A stretch of 55,498 bases of DNA from positions 1 to 55,498 of IMG/VR virus record IMGVR_UViG_3300025889_000149; one strand, given 5' to 3'. The notes beneath the pieces are model-generated. The model did no database searches. It was not told where the DNA came from and was given only the letters and a program-made list of their open reading frames with translations. This stretch comes from a virus (taxonomy: Duplodnaviria; Caudoviricetes). This document shows positions 9,428 to 18,050 of this stretch, in pieces. A program made the translations under genes and the position numbers. Positions within the stretch are counted from its first letter, which is position 1, and every line of letters begins with the position of its first letter.

Positions 9428-9655
9428 ATGGAACATAGCGAACGAGCTAAAGAGGGAACAGAGAAACAAGTGAACAACATCATAAAATTTCTATCTGATC
9501 AACTTGATAACTATGAAAGAGAATTAAAACTCTACATGGATAGAGGATATATGCAGTTCAAAGATGCTGTTGAAACAAACATTCACATCACAAAAAAATC
9601 CCTTGACTATTACAAAAGACTTAGAGATGAATACAAAGCAGATGGATTCATCTAA
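9428..9655 (+). CDS. Small helical hypothetical protein
   Basis: ORF with upstream AT box and downstream oligo(T). Confidence 0.6.
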   Translation: MEHSERAKEGTEKQVNNIIKFLSDQLDNYERELKLYMDRGYMQFKDAVETNIHITKKSLDYYKRLRDEYKADGFI

Positions 9656-9789
9656 AACTCTTTTTTATATTTCCATTTTTTCATAAATTTATTTACATCA
9701 AGTCTACAGTGCTCACATAATAAAGCATTGTTACTATGAGGACACTTTACTTTTTCTTTTATTATATTTCTAAGTTCATTACTAATCAT
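9652..9789 (-). CDS. 45-aa zinc-binding microprotein (not in ORF track)
   Basis: CPH...LCEHC; overlaps upstream microprotein gene. Confidence 0.45.
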   Translation of the reverse strand: MISNELRNIIKEKVKCPHSNNALLCEHCRLDVNKFMKKWKYKKEF

Positions 9790-9889
9790 ATACACCATCA
9801 CTGCAATCAACAACAGCACCACAGTTAGGACATATCTGATGACACACTGTCATTTTATCCATCTCATAACCACAACGGTCACATTCCAT
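9782..9889 (-). CDS. 35-aa CPxCG-type zinc ribbon microprotein (not in ORF track)
   Basis: MECDRCGYEM...CHQICPNCGAVVDCSD. Confidence 0.65.
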   Translation of the reverse strand: MECDRCGYEMDKMTVCHQICPNCGAVVDCSDGVYD

Positions 9890-9902
9890 AATAAAAAAAG
9901 AG

Positions 9903-10241
9903 TTAAGATGTACTCTTTGGTGGGTACATACTTAAGGCTAGCATTTTTCTGCCAGTCTTTTCTGCTTCTCTCTCTACTACCCAAACGTCTAATCCATCGC
10001 TTGCATCTTTAGAGACACATTTCTCCACCACGTCATTCCAATATTCAGATTTCGCTTGACCAATAATTGTCTTACCAAATGAATGTCTAAGACCATCAGT
10101 GGTTGCCATCTCTGCAATATCCGAGCCCAATGCCTCAACGTATCTTACCTTAAAACTTTGGACTGTTAATTGGTCGCCTGCTTTAAGTGGTGTCGATTTC
10201 TCATACGTTTTTCCAGTATCGATTACTTCGGAAACGTTCAT
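9903..10241 (-). CDS. Hypothetical protein, possible OB-fold ssDNA-binding protein
   Basis: 112 aa, beta-rich pattern, replication neighbourhood; fold is a guess. Confidence 0.45.
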   Translation of the reverse strand: MNVSEVIDTGKTYEKSTPLKAGDQLTVQSFKVRYVEALGSDIAEMATTDGLRHSFGKTIIGQAKSEYWNDVVEKCVSKDASDGLDVWVVEREAEKTGRKMLALSMYPPKSTS

Positions 10242-10273
10242 TGATAGTTAATACACAACGGTATTAATAAATG

Positions 10274-10381
10274 TTATTGAATTGTTATGTTATTATTGTG
10301 ACAATCATCACAACTAATCTTGCCTTTATGAATATGTAGTTGTTCATTGGAAGAATAACAACAGTGACATAGACCACGCAT
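10274..10381 (-). CDS. 35-aa zinc ribbon microprotein (not in ORF track)
   Basis: MRGLCHCCYSSN...GKISCDDC. Confidence 0.6.
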   Translation of the reverse strand: MRGLCHCCYSSNEQLHIHKGKISCDDCHNNNITIQ

Positions 10382-10416
10382 AATAGATTTAAATAGTATG
10401 TAATTAATATACCTTT

Positions 10417-10695
10417 ATGGAATGGGAGAAATTACCTAATGGTAAGTGGAGACCAAAGAAACATTTTAAGAAAACTGCTGATGGTAAATACGAATGGGAT
10501 GATCCTAGATACATGAAGATAAGAGATGAAAAAATGAAAAAGATTGTTTTATTCTGTGAGTATTGTAGAGATTACTATACATTATTAGAACCATGTGTTC
10601 ATCATTTACCTGACAACTATAGGAATCAAAAAATAAAAGAAGAGGCTTACAAACAATTAAGATATAAACAAATTAGAAACCAAGAAATAGATTAG
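10417..10695 (+). CDS. Hypothetical zinc-binding protein
   Basis: CEYC...PCVHH; TATA TTTAAATA at 10388. Confidence 0.6.
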   Translation: MEWEKLPNGKWRPKKHFKKTADGKYEWDDPRYMKIRDEKMKKIVLFCEYCRDYYTLLEPCVHHLPDNYRNQKIKEEAYKQLRYKQIRNQEID

Positions 10696-10731
10696 AAAGG
10701 TTAATAAGACGGGCTACCGTATGTCCAAACA

Positions 10732-11538
10732 ATGCGTTGCATAAGGAAAACAGTAGAACTTCCAAAGAAAGATTCTATAATTCACATGAGACCACTAGGA
10801 GATATTCATCTTGGTAATCTAGGGTGTGATGTGGATAAATATCTAAAGAATGTAAAGTTCATCGCAGATCATGCAGACCATATCACAATAGGTATGGGAG
10901 ACTACATAGATAATGTGATGGCTTATGCAAATGGTTCTATAGATAAGAGATGGAATCCAGAAACAGTTGACAGACAAATGTTAACTACCGAAGAACAAGT
11001 AAACTTCTTCGTTGAATCTTGGAAGCCAATAGCTGATAAAACATTAGGCATGCACTCAGGTAATCACGAATGGAAGACTATCAATCAAGAAAGATTCCTC
11101 AAAGATTTCTGTGACCCATTAGGATTGAGAAATCAATACTTGGGTAGACTTGGTTACACCAGTCTAACATTCACACATAAAGGCAAGGAGATTAGAAACT
11201 ATCTAATTCTATCCATGCATGGTGGTTACTCTGGACTACAAGCAGGGGGAGCTGTCAACAGAATGAAAGCCATCACTGGCGACTTTGACTGTGACGTTGT
11301 TCTTATGGGTCATAACCATGATACATGGGTAAGACCAATCATTAGAACTGGCTATGACCGAAAACACAATGTGCCTGTAGAAAAGAAAGTGTTAATGGGA
11401 AACACTGGAACATTCCTCAGAGGATATGAAAAAGGTATAGATTCCTATGTCGAAATCAATCCTAAAGAGGCAAAGAGAGTAGGTACTATTACTGTAACTT
11501 TCGACCCATACAAAGGAGATTTGTTTGGACATGACTAG
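10732..11538 (+). CDS. Calcineurin-like metallophosphoesterase
   Basis: GDIHLG, GDYID, GNHE, MHG, GHNH motifs all present. Confidence 0.9.
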   Translation: MRCIRKTVELPKKDSIIHMRPLGDIHLGNLGCDVDKYLKNVKFIADHADHITIGMGDYIDNVMAYANGSIDKRWNPETVDRQMLTTEEQVNFFVESWKPIADKTLGMHSGNHEWKTINQERFLKDFCDPLGLRNQYLGRLGYTSLTFTHKGKEIRNYLILSMHGGYSGLQAGGAVNRMKAITGDFDCDVVLMGHNHDTWVRPIIRTGYDRKHNVPVEKKVLMGNTGTFLRGYEKGIDSYVEINPKEAKRVGTITVTFDPYKGDLFGHD

Positions 11539-11797
11539 ATACAGTGGAAAGCCTATGAACTTTGAAGAAGATGTGCCAGTAGTCTGCAAAAACATGCCAG
11601 AAAATACTATCAAGTATAAAATCTACAAGTATATTATGAACTGTAAAGGTACATGTACGACATCAGAAGTTCACAAAGCAGTAGCAGTTACTTCTCCTAG
11701 AAGAACTATCGAAAAAAGAATTCTTGATTTATATAATCAAGGTCTTATAAAGCGTGAACATTGTCCATGTGGATGTGCTTACATATATAGAAAGTAG
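11525..11797 (+). CDS. Winged-helix DNA-binding protein
   Basis: IYKYI...TTSEV...RRTIEKRILDLYNQGLI pattern plus CPCGC wing. Confidence 0.6.
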   Translation: MDMTRYSGKPMNFEEDVPVVCKNMPENTIKYKIYKYIMNCKGTCTTSEVHKAVAVTSPRRTIEKRILDLYNQGLIKREHCPCGCAYIYRK

Positions 11798-11865
11798 ATA
11801 TTATATTTCTTTTTATAATTCTTTGAAACAAATACTTAAATGTGGTGGGCTGATAACACCCTTTA

Positions 11866-12011
11866 TGTTCATTAATATTTGTTGGAAAAAAGACAATGAA
11901 GTATTTAAATCATTGATGCCTATGAATAAGGCTAGTGTTTTAGTCCAAGAACTAGAGAGAAAAGGAATTAAAACATGGTTTGAGATGGAATTACAGAACA
12001 GAAATTCCTAA
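11866..12011 (+). CDS. Small hypothetical protein (probable start 11866)
   Basis: MFINICWKKD...GIKTWFE; followed by oligo(T). Confidence 0.45.
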
Positions 12012-12035
12012 TCATTTTTTTATTTTTATTTTCAT

Positions 12036-12062
12036 TATACACACGTGTGTATATACACACAC
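12036..12062. repeat. Two overlapping palindromes in an alternating purine-pyrimidine tract
   Basis: TATACACACGTGTGTATA (12036-12053) and GTGTGTATATACACAC (12045-12060), between convergent genes and flanked by T/A tracts. Confidence 0.8.
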
Positions 12063-12144
12063 TCTAGGCACAAAACCATATACACACATTGAAAAAACGC
12101 CTAATACACTTTTTTTATCTATACTTTTTTCAAAAAAAAATATA

Positions 12145-12282
12145 TTAATCAGAACATTTCTGAATACAATCTTTGATTATACTCAGTCTGTACTGATTAA
12201 CATCTTGTTCTTTCTCTAATCTTGCTAACACTTTCTTAAAATCTTTCAAGTGTGCTTCTCTGTCTGACTTGTTTGAATACAT
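12145..12282 (-). CDS. 45-aa helical microprotein coupled to radA (not in ORF track)
   Basis: TAATG overlap with radA stop; followed by oligo(T). Confidence 0.5.
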   Translation of the reverse strand: MYSNKSDREAHLKDFKKVLARLEKEQDVNQYRLSIIKDCIQKCSD

Positions 12283-13289
12283 TAATCTTCTACGTTGTCT
12301 ATGCCTTTCTCATTTAATATGTATTCGGCATCTGCCATAGCATATTCTGGACTGTCTACCATTCTTGCTATTCTTTTCTTACCTGATTTCTTAAAGTATA
12401 TTCTATGTGTACTTGCATGACCTACAACATTACCCCCAATAGGTTTTATTGGATCTCCAAACATAGTAGCAGGGTCAGTTTGTACTTGGTTAGTAAAGAT
12501 AACTGTGCACTTGAAGTAATAAGTAATGTTCTTCAAGTGTGTCATTAATCTTTTGATTTGATTCTGTCTATCTGCTAGAGTACCCCTACCCAAATACTCT
12601 TCTCTGAACTGTCCAATAGCACCGTCAATGATAACAAGTCTAGGCTTGAAATCAATCATAGTCTTTGATAAATTATTGACAGTACCCATTAACAACTCTG
12701 TGTTTGGTGTGTAATAATACTTGATTCTTTCAAGTTTTTCCTTAGCATCTTCTTTATCTTCAGCATAACCTCTAGCCTTTAGTATTTCTAATATTCTAGC
12801 AGGCTTGAATGTATCTTCACAATCAATCCAAATAACATTCATGTCTTGACTGATTGCTTCTACTGTTAATGAGTTACAGAATTGTGTCTTACCACTACCG
12901 AATTCTCCATAGACTTCGTATGTAGCTTCAGGTTTAACACCACCATCCATAAGATTATCTACATCAGTACACTTTGTTCCAAGTGTAGGATAATTTTCTT
13001 GATACTCTAATAATTCCATAGTTCCCATGTCTGATTTTCTAATGTAACCATTATCTTCTAACAATTTTTGTGCATTGAATGACCATTGGTCTGCTTTCTC
13101 TCTACCTACACCAGTGATCTCTGCTATCTCAGCAGATCCTCTGACACAAATATCTAATATAGTATTAACACCAAATGCATTAAGTTTCTTTTCAGTTACA
13201 GCACCAACACCATCTAATTGTGATACTGCTAGTTCTATTTCAACTGGTTCACTTGTTTCTTGAGTTTCAATTTCTTCTACTTCAGACAT
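12282..13289 (-). CDS. radA: Archaeal RadA recombinase
   Basis: N-terminal HhH (LDGVG), GEFGSGKTQ, IDCEDTF, FREEYLGRGTLADRQ, KPIGGNVVGHAST, ARMVDSP. Confidence 0.95.
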   Translation of the reverse strand: MSEVEEIETQETSEPVEIELAVSQLDGVGAVTEKKLNAFGVNTILDICVRGSAEIAEITGVGREKADQWSFNAQKLLEDNGYIRKSDMGTMELLEYQENYPTLGTKCTDVDNLMDGGVKPEATYEVYGEFGSGKTQFCNSLTVEAISQDMNVIWIDCEDTFKPARILEILKARGYAEDKEDAKEKLERIKYYYTPNTELLMGTVNNLSKTMIDFKPRLVIIDGAIGQFREEYLGRGTLADRQNQIKRLMTHLKNITYYFKCTVIFTNQVQTDPATMFGDPIKPIGGNVVGHASTHRIYFKKSGKKRIARMVDSPEYAMADAEYILNEKGIDNVED

Positions 13290-13313
13290 GCAAAGTATAC
13301 ATCATCCTTATTA

Positions 13314-15263
13314 TTATGCCTTTCGGTATGTTCCATCGTTGTTTAATCTTACATGATTAAACCTTTCCCAATTACCAAATAGTTTCTTGGCTTCCATTGG
13401 TTCGTAACCATACTCAACTAACTTTCTCATAAAGTCTGTGAGGTTTACTTTACCATCCTCATTCTCACAATCAGACCATGCTCTCTCTGCTGTCTGTTGT
13501 TTTGTTTCCTTATTAGATGTACCTAGAACTGTTTGAATAGATCCAGATGATATACTTAGATTGAATGAACCATACATTGATTCAATCAACTCTTTAACTC
13601 TCATCACATCAGTAACCTCAACAAAGTCTTTTAACATTAACTTAGCATGTGCATAAGATAATCTAACCAATGCTTCTAATTGTCTAGTACCAATAGGTAA
13701 CTCATCATTCTTTGACTTTGCTCTCATGTCATTATAAATTTTAATTATCTCTGCTTTGACTTCCTCTGTTAGTTTTGGATTCTGTTCTTTTGCTAGAGTC
13801 ATTAATGCTACCAACTCATTCTCTTCTAATGGTATATGTGTAGTCTTTGATACATCATCTTCAAATGAATTAATAATATGACTAGCCTTTAACATATCCT
13901 CTGTCATATTTACAGTATCTTTAATCAACCATATCAAATCAAACCTTGATAACAATGGTGCTGGAATATCTACATTATCTCTCAATGATATATCATTGTC
14001 ATAGAATCCATACTTTGGATTGGCTGATGCAAGTATTGCTGTCTTAGTAGGTAGAGTTAATACAATACCAGCCTTAGCAATACTGACTGTCTGTTGTTCC
14101 ATAGCCTCATGCATGGCACTTCTATCATCCTTATTCATCTTATCGAACTCATCAATAAATGCAAAGCCACCATTACATAATGGTAACACACCAGCTTGGG
14201 CTACAAACCTATCATTAATCTTAACAATAGCGATAGTGAGTCCAGCAGAACTTGTACCTCTTCCAGATGTGTAAATAGATTTATGCGTGATACTATTTGC
14301 ATACTTTAACAACTCAGACTTAGCCATAGATGGATCTCCTACTAGAAAAATGTTTATGTCTGACCTCTTAGTTCCCTTTACACCACCTACTAATTGCAGT
14401 AGTATAGATAACTTTATGTCTTTCATACCATATATTCTAGGTGCAAAACTACTAACAATCTTCTCAGTATATCCATTTTCTTGAGCCATCTCTCTAAACT
14501 TTTTTTCTTGCTCTACTGTTGGTCTCAAATCTTCCTCTTCCTCTAGGTTATCAAGTGCAAGTATGTCAATGTATACATCATTCTCATTCTCTTTCATGTC
14601 AATAATAGACCTGAAGATACCAGTGATTCTTTTCTTCTGACCAGTAAAAGAAGTAGATACATCATTACCATATACCTTACCTACAAATGTAACTGGAGAA
14701 CTGTGAACAGCATCCTCTAATTGTTCTTGTAATAACAATGTCTGAACATCATCAGTAACAACACTGTTACTCTGCATAATCATCTTACATCTCTTACATG
14801 ATGGGTTAGGACATGTAGGCTGTTGTATTTTCTTTTCAAAGTCACACTTAACATCTTCTTGATTAAAACATTGTGGACATACAGCAGTGCCTTGTTTCAC
14901 ATAAGTCTTTGGTGCATCAGTTGCAGATATGATACAGTCAAATGTAATAACTGTATTCTCAAAGTGAGCACCTATATCATGCATAGATATTGGCTCTCTA
15001 CCAACAAGATTAATCTGTAAATCTGCAAATGTATTTGGCACATCAATATCATCATACACTTCTTCTAAAATACCATAAATAACATGTCTTAATCTTTCCT
15101 TAAAATCTACTGGACTCAAACCAAATACCATAGAAAAATCCTCACTCTCTACATCAATATTATATACACTGTTTGGTTTTAATGCAGAAATAACCTTAGA
15201 ATATTGTGGCTTGTTTAATATCTCTCTAATCTTATCACGCATGGCAGACTCTGTGTAACTCAT
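13314..15263 (-). CDS. mcm: MCM replicative helicase
   Basis: Zn finger CPQC...C..C, GDPSMAKS, SAGLT, FIDEFDKM, HEAMEQQTVSIAKAG, LSRFDL, RQLEALVRL. Confidence 0.95.
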   Translation of the reverse strand: MSYTESAMRDKIREILNKPQYSKVISALKPNSVYNIDVESEDFSMVFGLSPVDFKERLRHVIYGILEEVYDDIDVPNTFADLQINLVGREPISMHDIGAHFENTVITFDCIISATDAPKTYVKQGTAVCPQCFNQEDVKCDFEKKIQQPTCPNPSCKRCKMIMQSNSVVTDDVQTLLLQEQLEDAVHSSPVTFVGKVYGNDVSTSFTGQKKRITGIFRSIIDMKENENDVYIDILALDNLEEEEDLRPTVEQEKKFREMAQENGYTEKIVSSFAPRIYGMKDIKLSILLQLVGGVKGTKRSDINIFLVGDPSMAKSELLKYANSITHKSIYTSGRGTSSAGLTIAIVKINDRFVAQAGVLPLCNGGFAFIDEFDKMNKDDRSAMHEAMEQQTVSIAKAGIVLTLPTKTAILASANPKYGFYDNDISLRDNVDIPAPLLSRFDLIWLIKDTVNMTEDMLKASHIINSFEDDVSKTTHIPLEENELVALMTLAKEQNPKLTEEVKAEIIKIYNDMRAKSKNDELPIGTRQLEALVRLSYAHAKLMLKDFVEVTDVMRVKELIESMYGSFNLSISSGSIQTVLGTSNKETKQQTAERAWSDCENEDGKVNLTDFMRKLVEYGYEPMEAKKLFGNWERFNHVRLNNDGTYRKA

Positions 15264-15589
15264 AGTCTTTTATTCACTTCCTTGTTTATGATATTACCTA
15301 TCTGTGCATGACGTTGTTGTAATTTCTTGAAGTCATTAGCCTCAAGTTTAGGCACAGTCTCTATCCATTGTTGTATGTTAGAAAAGAATAAAGGAACAGT
15401 CTCATCTTGTATTATAGTATCATTCTTTCTCTTTGATTTAACAAACTCTGTTACTGCCTGAGCAATAAACAAACTAAATGAAACATTTTCAGGTCTAAGA
15501 GATTCAAACTCTTTAAAAATAGACTCTACTTCTGCACTCATGTAAATATTTTTTCTACCATAGAATTTGGTCATGATGTAAGTATACAC
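15260..15589 (-). CDS. RHH-like DNA-binding protein
   Basis: RKNIYMS ribbon followed by SFSLFIAQAV helix; coupled to mcm. Confidence 0.5.
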   Translation of the reverse strand: MYTYIMTKFYGRKNIYMSAEVESIFKEFESLRPENVSFSLFIAQAVTEFVKSKRKNDTIIQDETVPLFFSNIQQWIETVPKLEANDFKKLQQRHAQIGNIINKEVNKRL

Positions 15590-15607
15590 ATGCTTACATT
15601 ATAAACC

Positions 15608-15910
15608 TTATGTTGATTCATCCACAAGTTTTATTAACTTCTTAAGATTTTCTGGCTTAAATTTCTTCAACATCTCAACTGACTGATGATGTTTCTTACA
15701 CAATAATGCAAACCTATTTGGGTCTGATTTTATTACTGGTAGAACATATTCATTATAGGAATACGAATCTTTGAAATCAGAATATATTTTATCACTATTT
15801 AAATATCTTTTATGATGAAAGACAAACCACTTACCAAATTTTTTACCACATACATAACACTTACCGTCAAACTGTGGTAAAAATGCTACCTCTCTCTTCA
15901 TTTTATCCAT
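15608..15910 (-). CDS. HNH-like zinc nuclease
   Basis: CYVC...FHH...LLCKKHH; likely start 15910. Confidence 0.6.
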   Translation of the reverse strand: MDKMKREVAFLPQFDGKCYVCGKKFGKWFVFHHKRYLNSDKIYSDFKDSYSYNEYVLPVIKSDPNRFALLCKKHHQSVEMLKKFKPENLKKLIKLVDEST

Positions 15911-15960
15911 TATTTCTTTCTTCACGATGTGTTTAAATACTAGGAAATTAATATATTTAT

Positions 15961-16050
15961 ATGAAAAAATGTCCAAGATGTAAAAGTAATTTTGATGGAT
16001 TCTGGCAAGAATGTGATCGATGTATTCAAACTTTTTATCCTGAAACTTAA
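15961..16050 (+). CDS. 29-aa CxxC-CxxC microprotein (not in ORF track)
   Basis: MKKCPRC...ECDRC; TTTAAATA at 15932. Confidence 0.55.
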   Translation: MKKCPRCKSNFDGFWQECDRCIQTFYPET

Positions 16051-16091
16051 ATTAAAAAAACTATAAATTGTAGGCTGTTATAGATACAAAT

Positions 16092-16493
16092 GTGACTGAA
16101 ATTATAGGTAGAGGAGAGAAAACAGCATTAGCAATACTTAAAGAAATTTATGGAGAGAGAGATGATATTGAATACTTTACTCAATACAAATTTAAGGACT
16201 TATTAAAAGGAGAATGGGTAGATACAGTAACTGAGAGGCAAGAAAAAGAAACAATAGATATTGTAGTTAAAACACCAAGAAAAACAATAGCAGTAAGAAT
16301 ACAAGACCCACATCACAATGGTAGAATCACTGAAATGAGAGATAAAGTTCAACGTAAAACTTTGGAGTGGAATGAGGTGGCTGTTGTTGATTTATGGTTT
16401 CATGAGTCTCCAGAACTGTTCAAGGAAAAACTTAATGATCAAAGTAGAAATGAAGTTGTAACTATATTAAAATCATTAGGTGTTTATCCGTAG
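16092..16493 (+). CDS. Vsr/DUF559-like endonuclease
   Basis: GE..A..IL, TQY, IDIVV, AVRIQDPHH, RDKVQR..LE...VVDLW. Confidence 0.6.
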   Translation: MTEIIGRGEKTALAILKEIYGERDDIEYFTQYKFKDLLKGEWVDTVTERQEKETIDIVVKTPRKTIAVRIQDPHHNGRITEMRDKVQRKTLEWNEVAVVDLWFHESPELFKEKLNDQSRNEVVTILKSLGVYP

Positions 16494-16738
16494 AAGTGAG
16501 TATTCTTAGTATCTTTTGGCTCTGATTCTTCAGCATCTTGTTGTTTTTCCATCTGACTATAGACAAAATGTTTTTCTTGTCTGATTTTTTCTCCTATCAT
16601 CATCATGGCTATGTCAATCTCAATGAAGTTAGCCTTTTTCTCAGTGAACATCTTATCAATATGGTCTGATACTGTATTGAATAGATCCTCTACAACATCC
16701 CACTTTGGAATATGTATTTTTTCTTCTTCTTCTGACAT
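16484..16738 (-). CDS. Small acidic hypothetical protein
   Basis: 84-aa ORF in gene-dense region. Confidence 0.55.
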   Translation of the reverse strand: MSEEEEKIHIPKWDVVEDLFNTVSDHIDKMFTEKKANFIEIDIAMMMIGEKIRQEKHFVYSQMEKQQDAEESEPKDTKNTHFYG

Positions 16739-16758
16739 AATATCACTTTTATATGATT

Positions 16759-17001
16759 CTATTTAAACTTGTGCCTTAATTTTGAAATAATTGCAAGCGT
16801 AATTGCAGTAATTGGTATTAATTCTATCAAATCTATACCATATAATAAGAAATCTAATATTGGATGAACATGTGTGATAATTCCTAGTTGTAGATAGGCA
16901 TCCCCAGCCCATACAAAATGAGGTATTTGTAGATATAATATTATGGCTGTAACAAGCATTGATTCTGTTATATGTCTTTCATACCAGTCAAAAAACCCCA
17001 T
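16759..17001 (-). CDS. Small membrane protein (2 predicted TM helices)
   Basis: Two hydrophobic segments, QIPH motif. Confidence 0.65.
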   Translation of the reverse strand: MGFFDWYERHITESMLVTAIILYLQIPHFVWAGDAYLQLGIITHVHPILDFLLYGIDLIELIPITAITLAIISKLRHKFK

Positions 17002-17033
17002 GATTAGTAAGTAAATTTATAACATAAAAGTGT

Positions 17034-17276
17034 ATGGTATTCATTATGGTTACTACCACGTTTAAAGTTATAGGAAATGATAGAGGTAATTACTATCATA
17101 ACAGCACTAGAGTAATAATATACCTACAAAACCATGAATGTATAGAAGATATTTACAAAACTATCACTCATGAAATGATTCATCATTGTATCAACGAAGC
17201 TGGAGAAGAGATGGATGATGATCAAGAAGAGGGATTAATTTTTGCCATTCAATGGGCTGAAGAAACATTAATTTGA
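17034..17276 (+). CDS. Minimal HExxH zincin-like protein
   Basis: RGNY...VIIYL...TITHEMIHH...QEE. Confidence 0.6.
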   Translation: MVFIMVTTTFKVIGNDRGNYYHNSTRVIIYLQNHECIEDIYKTITHEMIHHCINEAGEEMDDDQEEGLIFAIQWAEETLI

Positions 17277-17569
17277 TAATTTTTATCAACATATACCAAC
17301 GATGGCTTATTATCATCTAATAATACAGTATGTTTTTCATATAATTGAGTTTCATATCTATCTAATGCTTCTAAATCTTGTTCAGAGACTTCGAACCAAC
17401 CACCCTCTACAACACTGTTTTTATTTTTCTTTATTGATGGGTATGGAAGTAAACTATGTTCTGTTATCTCGAATCCACTTAGTGTTATCATTGTTAATTT
17501 GGAATCTCTATCTAATACTCTGTATCTGAGAGAATCATTCAATAATGAACCATACACAAATATTCTCAT
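17249..17569 (-). CDS. Gamma-glutamylcyclotransferase (AIG2-like)
   Basis: IFVYGSL, YPSI, VEG, LDRYE...Y. Confidence 0.85.
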   Translation of the reverse strand: MRIFVYGSLLNDSLRYRVLDRDSKLTMITLSGFEITEHSLLPYPSIKKNKNSVVEGGWFEVSEQDLEALDRYETQLYEKHTVLLDDNKPSLVYVDKNYQINVSSAH

Positions 17570-17772
17570 CGTTTATACACCATATATTTTACCCTAACAA
17601 GACCATTACAACACCCACATCTAAATCTTCCGAAATTTTTTTCTTTAATTAGGTCACTTTCTCCTATTCTTTTACCACAATCTTGACAATAGTGAAATCG
17701 ATCGGACTTTTTCTTCTGGAAAAAAGTACATTTTCCTTTGCACATCGTGTACAACTCATGTGTGTCTAGCAT
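17566..17772 (-). CDS. Cys-rich zinc finger (paralogue family)
   Basis: CKGKC...CQDC...RCGCC..LVR. Confidence 0.6.
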   Translation of the reverse strand: MLDTHELYTMCKGKCTFFQKKKSDRFHYCQDCGKRIGESDLIKEKNFGRFRCGCCNGLVRVKYMVYKR

Positions 17773-17780
17773 TTATGTAT

Positions 17781-18050
17781 TCAATACCAATTAATTCCCT
17801 TACAGTCATAACATGTAGTGCCAGCAAGAACTTCAACATTAGACATATATTTCTTGCATGTATCACACTCTGTATATTGTGGATTATGTTTAGTAGAATT
17901 TTCATTAACAATCTCAACTGCACGAAGATATTTCTTAAGTCTATCAACATCGTATTCTATTAATTCTTCTTTCTTTGATACGGACATTGGAATCCATATC
18001 CTTTCCTCGATGTTTATAATTCTTTTTACTATCTTATCTTTTTCATTCAT
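17781..18050 (-). CDS. Hypothetical protein with C-terminal CxxC-CxxC
   Basis: ECDTC...TCYDC; ATGA coupling to vWA gene. Confidence 0.6.
   Translation of the reverse strand: MNEKDKIVKRIINIEERIWIPMSVSKKEELIEYDVDRLKKYLRAVEIVNENSTKHNPQYTECDTCKKYMSNVEVLAGTTCYDCKGINWY

Noticed and set aside
10274-10381. AT-rich three-way-junction RNA on plus strand
   Set aside because: Better explained by a minus-strand CxxC-CxxC microprotein; the pairings are low-complexity
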